Positions 17,970 through 25,525 of a stretch of DNA of 32,000 nt are shown here, piece after piece. The translations under genes and the position numbers were made by a program. The stretch comes from Archaeoglobus fulgidus DSM 4304 (GTDB lineage: Archaea > Halobacteriota > Archaeoglobi > Archaeoglobales > Archaeoglobaceae), in assembly GCF_000008665.1 (NCBI RefSeq), contig NC_000917.1, positions 30,001 through 62,000 on the forward strand. Direction: 5' to 3'. A model generated the notes under the pieces. That model was not told where the DNA came from, searched no databases, and saw nothing but the letters and a program-made list of their open reading frames with translations. Positions within the stretch are counted from its first letter, which is position 1, and each line of letters opens with the position of its first letter.

Positions 17970-20900
17970 AGATACTTATAGACCTTCAACCTGCTCAAGG
18001 TGAAAGCAGATTTCGCGGAATAGGGAGGTATTCGCTAAAAATTGCGGAAGAGATTGTTAAAATAAAGGGAGACGAAGTTTACATACTGCTTAACGACGCC
18101 TTTCCGAGAGAAGCTGTGAAGATTAAATACAGTCTGGGCTTGCCTGAAGGAAACTACCTTGTATTTTCTCCACTAAAAACAATTGCTTTTATCAATTCTC
18201 CAGAAAAATGGAGAGTCGAAGTATCCGAGCTTATTCGGGATCTGGCGATCGCAAGAGTTGAGCCAGATGTTGTTTTCGTTCCAAGCGTTTTTGAAGGCTT
18301 CGTCGACAATATACCGATTTCAATAAAAAAGTTTAGGAACGTGAATACAGCCGTGGTTCTCTACGACTTAATTCCCCTCATTTACCCCCATTTTTATCTC
18401 GCAGATAAAAAAATGAAGCATTGGTATTACTATAGGCTGAATCAGTTTAGAGCAGCTGATGCTTTCGTTGCAATTTCAGAGAGCTCAAAGAGGGAGGGGA
18501 TAGAATATCTGAACCTGAAAGAGGGAGACTTCTGCGTCGCTTATCCAGCACCGAGTGAGTCTTTTAGAGTTTTGGATGAACCCGATGAGCGTGTTCTTGA
18601 AAATTACGGCATCTCTAAAAGGTATTTGCTTTATGTGCCCGGTGGCTATGATTTCAGAAAAAACGTCGAAGCTTTGATATTGGCTTTCGGAAAGTTGCCG
18701 AAAGAAATTAAGGACAAATTACAGCTCGTGATAGCGAGTAAAATTGACGAATACAACGAGAGAAGGCTAAAAGAATTGGCGAGAAAAGTAGGAGCAAACG
18801 TCGTTTTGGCAGGTTATATTAGAGATGAAGACTTAAGCACCTTATACAATCTGTGCGAACTTTTTGTGCACCCCTCTCTACACGAGGGATTCGGATTGCC
18901 GGTTGTCGAAGCGATGGCTTGTGGGGCACCAGTTATAGGTTCAGACTCCTCAAGCATCGCAGAGATAATAAAAAGAAGTGATGCTTTATTTAATCCGAAA
19001 GACATTAATTCGATATCAAGTAAGATCTTGGAAGTTTTGGAGAACGATGAGTTTAGGGAGGAGCTGAGGAGATACGGGCTGAAGAGAGCGAAGGACTTTT
19101 CGTGGAGAGAAAGTGCGAAAAACATATTAAAATTCTTTAAAGAAAAATTCGGATACGGTAAATCTGTCGCTTATTTATTCAGAAAACCAAGAATGGCTTA
19201 TCTATCCCCGCTTCCCCCAGCTCAGAGCGGAATAAGCTATTACAGCTCCGAACTTTTGCCAGAGCTCTCCAAATACTACGAAGTAGAGCTAATCGTAAAC
19301 CAGAATGATGTCTCCGATGAGTATGTAAGAGCCAATTTTCCGATTAGGACGGTAGAATACTTCACCAAGAACTTCAGGAAATACGAGAGGGTTCTGTACC
19401 ATATGGGCAATTCCGAGTTTCATGCCCATATGTGGGAGCTTCTCGAATCATATCCTGGAGTAGTAGTCCTGCACGACTTCTTTTTAAGTAACTTTCTCTG
19501 GTGGGCTAGCCAAGGGAGGCGAGAGGTTTTAGAGAGAGAACTTTTCTTCTCACACGGCTTCAAGGGGCTGATCGATTTAAAGGAGAGTTTGGAAAAGGCT
19601 GTGTGGGAATATCCAATAAACCTCAGAATTCTGCAGAATGCTATCGGAATCATAGTCCATTCGGAACACAGCATAGAGTTAGCAAAAGAATTTTATGAGA
19701 CTGAGAAGGAAAAATTCAGCATAATTCCCCAGATGAGAAAGGTCGAAAAGATAAGAGATAAAAAGGTTGCAAAAAAAGAGTTCGGATACGAGGACGAGAC
19801 ATTTTTGATATGCAGTTTTGGGATAATAGTCAATACCAAAATGACAGAGCTAATTGTCGATGCTTTCTTGTCTTCTTCCTTGCCAGAGAAGGGCTGCGTT
19901 TTGGTCTTGGTTGGAAAGACTTTCGATGATGAATACGGAATTAGAGTCCTCGCGAAGGCGAAAAATAGCGGTGGAAAGGTCAAGGTTACTGGATGGGTTG
20001 ACGAAGAAACCTGGAAGAAATACCTAGAAGCTTGCGATTTAGCCGTTCAGCTCAGAACACTTTCGAGAGGTGAAGTATCGAGAGCGATTCTGGACTGCCT
20101 CGCATTCGGAATTCCGACAATAGCGAATGCTCACGGTTTTATCAAATATCTTCCAAACGAAGTAGTTTATAAGTTATCTGAGAATCCTTCCAAAGAAGAG
20201 TTAAGGGAAGCATTAGAGAGACTCCACGAAGATTCCTCGCTAAGGGATAGAATCTCAAAGAATGCACGGAAATACGTTGAAGAGAACTTAAATCCGAGAG
20301 AGATAGCTAAAAGATTCTATGAGGCGATTGAAAAGTTCTACAGCAGGGTGAACGATTCAGAAATCATTGAAAAGATCTCACAGATAGAGATACCCCGAAA
20401 TGAGAGGTTCTTTGATGAGATCTCAAAACATCTCGAGAAGACTTTTCCAGCATCGCCAAAACAAAGGAAAATTCTTGTCGACGTGAGCGAGATCGTTAAA
20501 GTAGATCGCCACACGGGTATTCAGAGAGTGGTAAAGTCGCTAATCAACGAGCTGTTGTCTATTGCGCCCAAAAAGATTAGGGTGGAACCAGTTTACTTCG
20601 ATGAAAATATTGGTATTTACCGATACGCGAGAAAGTGGGCTGGCAAAATTCTAAACCTTGATTACGAGTTTCTTGACGATGAGCTCGTTGACTTCAGAAA
20701 AGGAGACATTCTGTTATTGCTTGACTTTTACACCTATCAAAATCCCCACAAAAAAGGGATCTACTGGGAACTGAAAGCCTCCGGTGTAAAGATCGTTTCT
20801 GTGGTTTACGATATACTCCCTCTAAAGAGACCCAAATGGTTTATTGATGGTATGAATGAATGGTTCCGGGAATACATAGAGACCTTAGCGGAAATATCGG

Positions 20901-21607
20901 ATAAGATAATCTGTATATCTGAGTCTACAGCCAACGACCTTTCAGAATACTTAAAAAAGGAAAATTTGCTGAGAAGTAATTTAAAGATAACGAGTATTCA
21001 CTTGGGTGCGGAAATCGAAAAGTTCGGCACCAGAGGGCTGCCGGATAACTGGGGAGATCTCGTTAAACTGCTTCAGTCTAAACCAAGTTTTTTGATGGTA
21101 GGAACCATAGAACCGAGAAAGGGACACAGACAGACTTTAAGTGCCTTCGAAATTCTATGGAGGGATGGATACGATGTAAATCTCGTGATTGTTGGGAAGG
21201 AGGGATGGTTAACTCAGGATGTCATAGAGAGGATTAAAAACCATCCAGAGCTAAACAGGAGACTTTTCTGGATCAACAACGCTTCGGACGAATTTCTTGA
21301 CAAAATTTACAGAGCCTGCACAGCTCTGATTATGGCAAGCGAAGATGAAGGGTTTGGGTTACCCATCGTTGAAGCCGCTTACAGGGGATTGTCGATAATA
21401 GCGAGAGATATAAAGGTTTTCCGAGAGATAGCCCGAGACGGAGCGTATTACTTCAGCGGACTAAGACCGGAAGATTTGGCTGACGCCATAAAGTCTTGGA
21501 TGGAGCTGTACAGGAAAGGAGAACACCCGAAGCCTGAAAAAGTTGAGGTTTTGAGCTGGAGAGAGGTTGCAAAAAAGTATCTGAAAGAAATTCTTGAAGA
21601 TTCTTGA
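17966..21607 (+). CDS. Three-module GT4 glycosyltransferase (WbdA/MtfA-like polymerising mannosyltransferase type), 1213 aa
   Basis: Module 1 (aa 1-~400) has HEGFGLPVVEAMACGAPVI. Module 2 starts at about aa 410 (nt 19193) with MAYLSPLPPAQSGISYYS...VVVLHDFF and ends ...GEVSRAILDCLAFGIPTI. Module 3 starts at about aa 835 (nt ~20468) with ILVDVSEIVKVDRHTGIQRV...EDEGFGLPIVEAAYRGLSII. An ATGA overlap joins it to the upstream gene. Confidence 0.85.
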   Translation: MKILIDLQPAQGESRFRGIGRYSLKIAEEIVKIKGDEVYILLNDAFPREAVKIKYSLGLPEGNYLVFSPLKTIAFINSPEKWRVEVSELIRDLAIARVEPDVVFVPSVFEGFVDNIPISIKKFRNVNTAVVLYDLIPLIYPHFYLADKKMKHWYYYRLNQFRAADAFVAISESSKREGIEYLNLKEGDFCVAYPAPSESFRVLDEPDERVLENYGISKRYLLYVPGGYDFRKNVEALILAFGKLPKEIKDKLQLVIASKIDEYNERRLKELARKVGANVVLAGYIRDEDLSTLYNLCELFVHPSLHEGFGLPVVEAMACGAPVIGSDSSSIAEIIKRSDALFNPKDINSISSKILEVLENDEFREELRRYGLKRAKDFSWRESAKNILKFFKEKFGYGKSVAYLFRKPRMAYLSPLPPAQSGISYYSSELLPELSKYYEVELIVNQNDVSDEYVRANFPIRTVEYFTKNFRKYERVLYHMGNSEFHAHMWELLESYPGVVVLHDFFLSNFLWWASQGRREVLERELFFSHGFKGLIDLKESLEKAVWEYPINLRILQNAIGIIVHSEHSIELAKEFYETEKEKFSIIPQMRKVEKIRDKKVAKKEFGYEDETFLICSFGIIVNTKMTELIVDAFLSSSLPEKGCVLVLVGKTFDDEYGIRVLAKAKNSGGKVKVTGWVDEETWKKYLEACDLAVQLRTLSRGEVSRAILDCLAFGIPTIANAHGFIKYLPNEVVYKLSENPSKEELREALERLHEDSSLRDRISKNARKYVEENLNPREIAKRFYEAIEKFYSRVNDSEIIEKISQIEIPRNERFFDEISKHLEKTFPASPKQRKILVDVSEIVKVDRHTGIQRVVKSLINELLSIAPKKIRVEPVYFDENIGIYRYARKWAGKILNLDYEFLDDELVDFRKGDILLLLDFYTYQNPHKKGIYWELKASGVKIVSVVYDILPLKRPKWFIDGMNEWFREYIETLAEISDKIICISESTANDLSEYLKKENLLRSNLKITSIHLGAEIEKFGTRGLPDNWGDLVKLLQSKPSFLMVGTIEPRKGHRQTLSAFEILWRDGYDVNLVIVGKEGWLTQDVIERIKNHPELNRRLFWINNASDEFLDKIYRACTALIMASEDEGFGLPIVEAAYRGLSIIARDIKVFREIARDGAYYFSGLRPEDLADAIKSWMELYRKGEHPKPEKVEVLSWREVAKKYLKEILEDS

Positions 21608-21609
21608 AG

Positions 21610-23031
21610 TTATTTCTTGGCTATGATAGCATAATCCTGAGGACCAAATAATATCCTGTTTAACTTCTCGATATTTTCGTTGATAACTCTGATAACTTCC
21701 TCTGACACAGTGTTTGAATCAATTTTGGCAAGTTTAGTCAATTCTTCGCACTCTTCGAAGAATTCGATTTTTACGTCTCTAAACCCCAGGTATTCGAGAA
21801 TGAACTTAAGAGTCTCTGGATGTACTGGTTTTTTATGGGTGGGATCGATATAGAAGTTTATGAGAGAGTAGAGTGAAGTCGGGTTGGGGGACTCGATAAC
21901 AATGTAACTCGAGTATTTCATTTTCGAGTAACAGAGACTCAAAAGCTCAAAAAGTCGTTCGGGGTCGAGATGCTCCACAAAATGTGATATCATGACTCCG
22001 TCTAAGTATTTATCAGGAAGAGATTTTAGATATTCTATGGCGTCGGATTTTACCACGTTGAACTTGCCCTCGCAGAATTTTATCATGTCCTCATTGATAT
22101 CTACACCAATTGACTCTATTCCCTCTTCTTTACAAAGCTCTAGAAATTCTCCTCTTCCACATCCGATATCCAACACCCTTCTACAACCTTTAAAATAGGG
22201 AATATATCTTCTAAGTCGAGCTTTCACGAGCTCTCTACTTCCTCTGAATTTTTCCTCAAACAAAAAGTAGTAATCAGAAGTGTGAATGTCGGTCCCCGAA
22301 ATTTTCTCTTCAGCGGTGTCAATTTTTGCTTTAATTGATTCAACTGTGCTCGATAATTCCTCAAGGTTTTTTGTCAAACTATTTTTAAGCTCGTAAAAGT
22401 CCGTTTGGAGTTTATCGTGATTAATCATAATTTTATCTTTGAATTCTTTGAACTCATCTTTTCTTACGGTCCCCGAAATTTTCTCTTCAACGGTGTTCAA
22501 TTTACCCTCGATCGCGTCGTTTTTGCTTGATAGCACCCTTAGATCCTCTGTCGTTCTGTTGAGTATTCTCACAACACTTGCGTTGAACTCTCTCTGCAGA
22601 TGGAAGATTGGATCAACGTATCTCCTAACTTCGCCATGAACCAATCTCCTACCCCGAACAAGAAATGGCCCCAAAATTTTTCTGTGAGAAAAGATTTGAT
22701 ATCCTTCATTATTTACATTCCAACGTTGATTAATAATGGCCAAATCTTGATCCAAGTTTTCAGGAGGAAGTCCTCCATTGAAGCACGTCTTGATTTTTTT
22801 AAAAAACCGCCCAGAATTCTGAAAACTCGTTTCAGGTTCGAATACATTGCTTAAATTAGCTGCTGGAATTAAGAACTCTTTTGGAATTAAAAACTCTTTT
22901 ATTTTCTGAAGCTTAGGGCTACTGTCTAAAATTCTTTTTGCCAAATTATAAAGATACCTGTTCGAAACAGCAAATTCAAAGCAAGCTCTTTTTAATTTTT
23001 CTTTCATCTTCATAAACTGTCTCTTTTCCAT
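21610..23031 (-). CDS. Coiled-coil class I SAM-dependent methyltransferase (O-antigen chain-terminating methyltransferase-like)
   Basis: FEEKFRGSRELVKARLRRYIPYF followed by VLDIGCGRGEF (SAM motif I) and ISHFVEHL. It is preceded by about 100 aa of heptad-like sequence containing a duplicated EEKISGT motif. It is convergent with the tri-GT4 gene, with only 2 nt between the two stop codons. Confidence 0.8.
   Translation of the reverse strand: MEKRQFMKMKEKLKRACFEFAVSNRYLYNLAKRILDSSPKLQKIKEFLIPKEFLIPAANLSNVFEPETSFQNSGRFFKKIKTCFNGGLPPENLDQDLAIINQRWNVNNEGYQIFSHRKILGPFLVRGRRLVHGEVRRYVDPIFHLQREFNASVVRILNRTTEDLRVLSSKNDAIEGKLNTVEEKISGTVRKDEFKEFKDKIMINHDKLQTDFYELKNSLTKNLEELSSTVESIKAKIDTAEEKISGTDIHTSDYYFLFEEKFRGSRELVKARLRRYIPYFKGCRRVLDIGCGRGEFLELCKEEGIESIGVDINEDMIKFCEGKFNVVKSDAIEYLKSLPDKYLDGVMISHFVEHLDPERLFELLSLCYSKMKYSSYIVIESPNPTSLYSLINFYIDPTHKKPVHPETLKFILEYLGFRDVKIEFFEECEELTKLAKIDSNTVSEEVIRVINENIEKLNRILFGPQDYAIIAKK
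22291..22320. repeat. Copy A of a 30-nt intragenic direct repeat (28/30 identical to 22468-22497)
   Basis: ggtccccgaaattttctcttcagcggtgtc versus ggtccccgaaattttctcttcaacggtgtt. The offset is 177 nt, or 59 codons. Confidence 0.9.
22468..22497. repeat. Copy B of the 30-nt intragenic direct repeat
   Basis: See copy A. It encodes the second ..T(A/V)EEKISGT.. motif of the methyltransferase coiled coil. Confidence 0.9.
22864..22899. repeat. 18-bp tandem duplication (2 copies, 1 mismatch) inside the methyltransferase gene
   Basis: ggaattaagaactctttt followed by ggaattaaaaactctttt. It encodes KEFLIP-KEFLIP near the N-terminus. Confidence 0.9.
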
Positions 23032-23050
23032 CGGGATGATAAAGATTTCC

Positions 23051-23058
23051 TTTAAAAA
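23051..23058 (-). promoter_or_regulatory. Putative TATA box (TTTTTAAA on the minus strand) for the methyltransferase gene
   Basis: Its proximal edge is 20 nt upstream of the ATG at 23031. Confidence 0.35.
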
Positions 23059-23357
23059 GTCAAAAGCTCATTTAGCGTTCAACTGCATACTCTAAAAGAC
23101 AGCTGCTATCTAATATCCCGTGCATAGGATAAGTAAAGAAGATCAAAGCTCTTTTTAAGGCTTTTTCTGTGTTTAGAGGCTTTTAGCTTTTGGTTAATTG
23201 CAAAAATACACTCTTCAGGAATTTCATAATTTTTCGGAACTCGAGAAACGAATTTGTAGGACTCGGCACTTATTGCAAGACTGAATGTATTTTCAATCGA
23301 TTTCGCTGATTTCGATTTCTCAGCTTCATAGCTCCGAAGCTCAGACTTCAAAGGATC

Positions 23358-23792
23358 GTGCTTGAAAGAGAGACCCAAAGCCTCGAGTATCGAAAGGAAC
23401 AACTGGAGAACAAGGTCGCATGGCTCGAAAAAAGAGTCAAAGAAAAGGAAGAGTTTAAGAAAACGATTCATGCTGAGATAAAGTCGGGAGTAGAACCTGA
23501 GCTGAATAAGCTTAAAGCTAAAGCCGACACGATTTTTGAGGAAGCGAAGAGAGCTACAGAGCTTCGAGACAAGATAGTTGCAGAGATTAAGGAGATTGTC
23601 GAAGTTCTTTCAAAGCTTTTGGAAGCCTCAGAAAAGCTAGAAGGGGAAATAGAAGAAGAGAAAAAAGTTAAAGAGAAGCTGGAGAAAGAGACAGAGGAGC
23701 CGAAAATGGAGCTGTTCAAACCCAGAACGATTTCCCTGCTCGAGGCCATCAAGATCTGGGGATCTCAGACCGAGAAAACAGGAGAGAACTAA
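23358..23792 (+). CDS. Hypothetical Glu/Lys-rich coiled-coil protein
   Basis: GTG start, 144 aa, strongly heptad-like (LEYRKEQLENKVAWLEKRVKEKEE...). The antisense Ser-rich ORF looks like a shadow. No family recognised. Confidence 0.4.
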   Translation: MLERETQSLEYRKEQLENKVAWLEKRVKEKEEFKKTIHAEIKSGVEPELNKLKAKADTIFEEAKRATELRDKIVAEIKEIVEVLSKLLEASEKLEGEIEEEKKVKEKLEKETEEPKMELFKPRTISLLEAIKIWGSQTEKTGEN

Positions 23793-23903
23793 GAAATTTT
23801 GAGATTAGGATAAACTCTTTGAGGCTTTAAACGGAGAAATGAACTAACTAGGCTCAACTGTCCTCCTACAAAAACTCTCCACTCGGCTTCATGAAAACTT
23901 CAC

Positions 23904-24269
23904 TTATCTGCTCGACAGCTTTATCCAATCAAAAGCTACAGCTAATTCGCGTATGTCTTCGTTTATTCCGTATGCCTTCGGACGTTCGGCGTATTTGTAT
24001 CTGAACTCCAGATAATTGACACCTTTTTTCGTGAATTCTGCCGGTATTTGAACGCCATAATCTTTCCAGCCCTTTGTCAAATTTAAGCTCGCAACGAAGT
24101 TTCCGTTGAAGTAAATCCAGAGCTCTTGGTTCACGCTTTCGTTGAAAATGAACGGATGACAACGAAAGCTCAAATTCAGCGGTCTTTCCTCATCTAAGAC
24201 GACTAGAACGGAAGAATTGAGAGCGTTAGCCCAAACGAAGCTCAGGTTTCCAGAAATTTCGTCTCGGCT
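23904..24269 (-). CDS. Sequon-rich beta-sandwich-like domain ORF with no good start (gene fragment, or a frameshifted C-terminal domain of the C25-like peptidase)
   Basis: The frame is open from 24269. It reads SRDEISGNLSFVWANALNSSVLVVLDEERPLNLSFRCHPFIFNESVNQELWIYFNGNFVASLNLTKGWKDYGVQIPAEF..NEDIRELAVAFDWIKL. The only start is TTG at 24173. The ending (D.R.L.VAFD.I.L) resembles a domain I recall at the C-termini of some membrane glycosyltransferase-like or surface proteins. Confidence 0.4.
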   Translation of the reverse strand, partial: SRDEISGNLSFVWANALNSSVLVVLDEERPLNLSFRCHPFIFNESVNQELWIYFNGNFVASLNLTKGWKDYGVQIPAEFTKKGVNYLEFRYKYAERPKAYGINEDIRELAVAFDWIKLSSR

Positions 24270-25483
24270 TCAAGGTAAACCCTCAGCTTCCACTCCTCAA
24301 CTTCCGTCGATGGGTTTAGCTTTATGTTTTCCTCACTCTTAACTTCTTCCAGAGCTGCTTTAAAAGCATCTCCGAGCCTGTTTCCGGGGAGATTCTTGAG
24401 AGTCTTAATCAGGATGTTGTCAGCATGCTTCACACCCGCTACCTCCACGAAGCCATCGCTCTCGGAAAACTGGTAGTCGCTTCCCGTGGTGCCGGTAAAG
24501 CCTACAAACGCAATCCCTCCTGCGTCGTTCGTAAGAAGAAACTCGCTCCACAGTCCTGGTGCCCAGTTGGGGAGATAGATGTCCCTTATTTCCTCATCAA
24601 AGGCCGCAGCACTGCACCCGCTGCTCAGAACCACGGGGAGCAACGGACGCCTTTTGTCCAGCATGTTCATGTACCTCGTCGTGTACATACCCCCATCATC
24701 AGAGTCGAGAGCGTAGGGTATGCCGTGTCCGACGTGGAAAACAACTCCGTACCCACCTGAAAGGGCCTCATCGAAAGTCTGCTTTACGCTTGTCCACTCC
24801 TCGTCGCTCTGAAGAGCTATGGTTGTGTTGAAGGTTTCAGTGAAGCCGAGGTCCTCCAGAAGCTTTACCGCAGTTTCCCCCTGCCAAACCTCGTAATCGT
24901 CTATCGTCTCCCTCTCTATGGAGTAGGGGGCGGCGTAAATCCTCATGCCTATCAAAGCTGCGTTCACGTAGTTTCCGCTGCCGATGTCGGAGAGCCAATC
25001 GTTTATCTTTCCCAGCACCTTCTCAGCCTCATCCTCACTGCCTGCTGGTATTCTTCCCACAGCAAAGTCGGGCTTGAGGTCGTAGTCAGGGGAAGCGTAG
25101 AAGAAGTCTGTAGGAAAAGGCTCGTAGAAAATGAGCTTTGCGTAGTAGCTCGGCGGAACGATGTCGGCATCACCGAGAATTGTTACATAGCTCGCATTTA
25201 CTGTCCGAAGGAACGAGATTATTTTCAGGGCTAAGGTGTAGTTGTAGCTGTCGTAAACTTGCTCTGTGCTGTATCCGCTAACGAGAGGGTCCTCTACAGG
25301 GCTGTAGCTGTCCCAGATTTGTTCCACGGTAACGATATCCGACTGAATGCCCACTTTTTCGTGAATTTCCTGCAGCTGATATGCGGAGTTGATGAGTTTC
25401 TCCGATGTCAGTATTATCTCCTGCCCGCTTGAAGTTCCGACGACCACAAAGACTACCATCATTATTACAATTATTACTCTCAT
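24242..25483 (-). CDS. Secreted peptidase C25 (gingipain-like, clan CD) family protein
   Basis: N-terminal hydrophobic signal (MRVIIVIMMVVFVVVGTSSG). VTILGDADIVPPSYY and FYASPDYDLKPDFAVGRIPAGSEDEAEKVL are typical of C25. Candidate catalytic His in VFHVGHG and Cys in VLSSGCSAAAF. Confidence 0.7.
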   Translation of the reverse strand: MRVIIVIMMVVFVVVGTSSGQEIILTSEKLINSAYQLQEIHEKVGIQSDIVTVEQIWDSYSPVEDPLVSGYSTEQVYDSYNYTLALKIISFLRTVNASYVTILGDADIVPPSYYAKLIFYEPFPTDFFYASPDYDLKPDFAVGRIPAGSEDEAEKVLGKINDWLSDIGSGNYVNAALIGMRIYAAPYSIERETIDDYEVWQGETAVKLLEDLGFTETFNTTIALQSDEEWTSVKQTFDEALSGGYGVVFHVGHGIPYALDSDDGGMYTTRYMNMLDKRRPLLPVVLSSGCSAAAFDEEIRDIYLPNWAPGLWSEFLLTNDAGGIAFVGFTGTTGSDYQFSESDGFVEVAGVKHADNILIKTLKNLPGNRLGDAFKAALEEVKSEENIKLNPSTEVEEWKLRVYLEAETKFLET

Positions 25484-25505
25484 AATTATACTTGGATATT
25501 CTTCC

Positions 25506-25513
25506 TATTTAAA
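25506..25513 (-). promoter_or_regulatory. Putative TATA box (TTTAAATA on the minus strand) for the C25-like gene
   Basis: Its proximal edge is 23 nt upstream of the ATG at 25483, inside the 42-nt gap after the LarA-like gene. Confidence 0.35.
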
Positions 25514-25525
25514 CATTTTCAAAAA

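Noticed and set aside
23106-23471. 121-aa minus-strand ORF (or an 81-aa version from TTG 23351) between the methyltransferase and the coiled-coil ORF.
   Set aside because: Its 5' third is the antisense shadow of the Glu/Lys-rich plus-strand ORF. The shorter version would start 7 nt from the divergent GTG, leaving no promoter space. No family is recognised. It remains possible that this ORF, rather than 23358-23792, is the real gene.
24243-24269. Programmed -1 ribosomal frameshift joining the C25-like ORF to the downstream domain (AAATTT at the junction).
   Set aside because: In the zero frame the codons are ACG AAA TTT CTG. This does not form an X XXY YYZ slippery heptamer, and I see no obvious downstream stem-loop or pseudoknot. 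A simple indel or a cassette boundary is more parsimonious.
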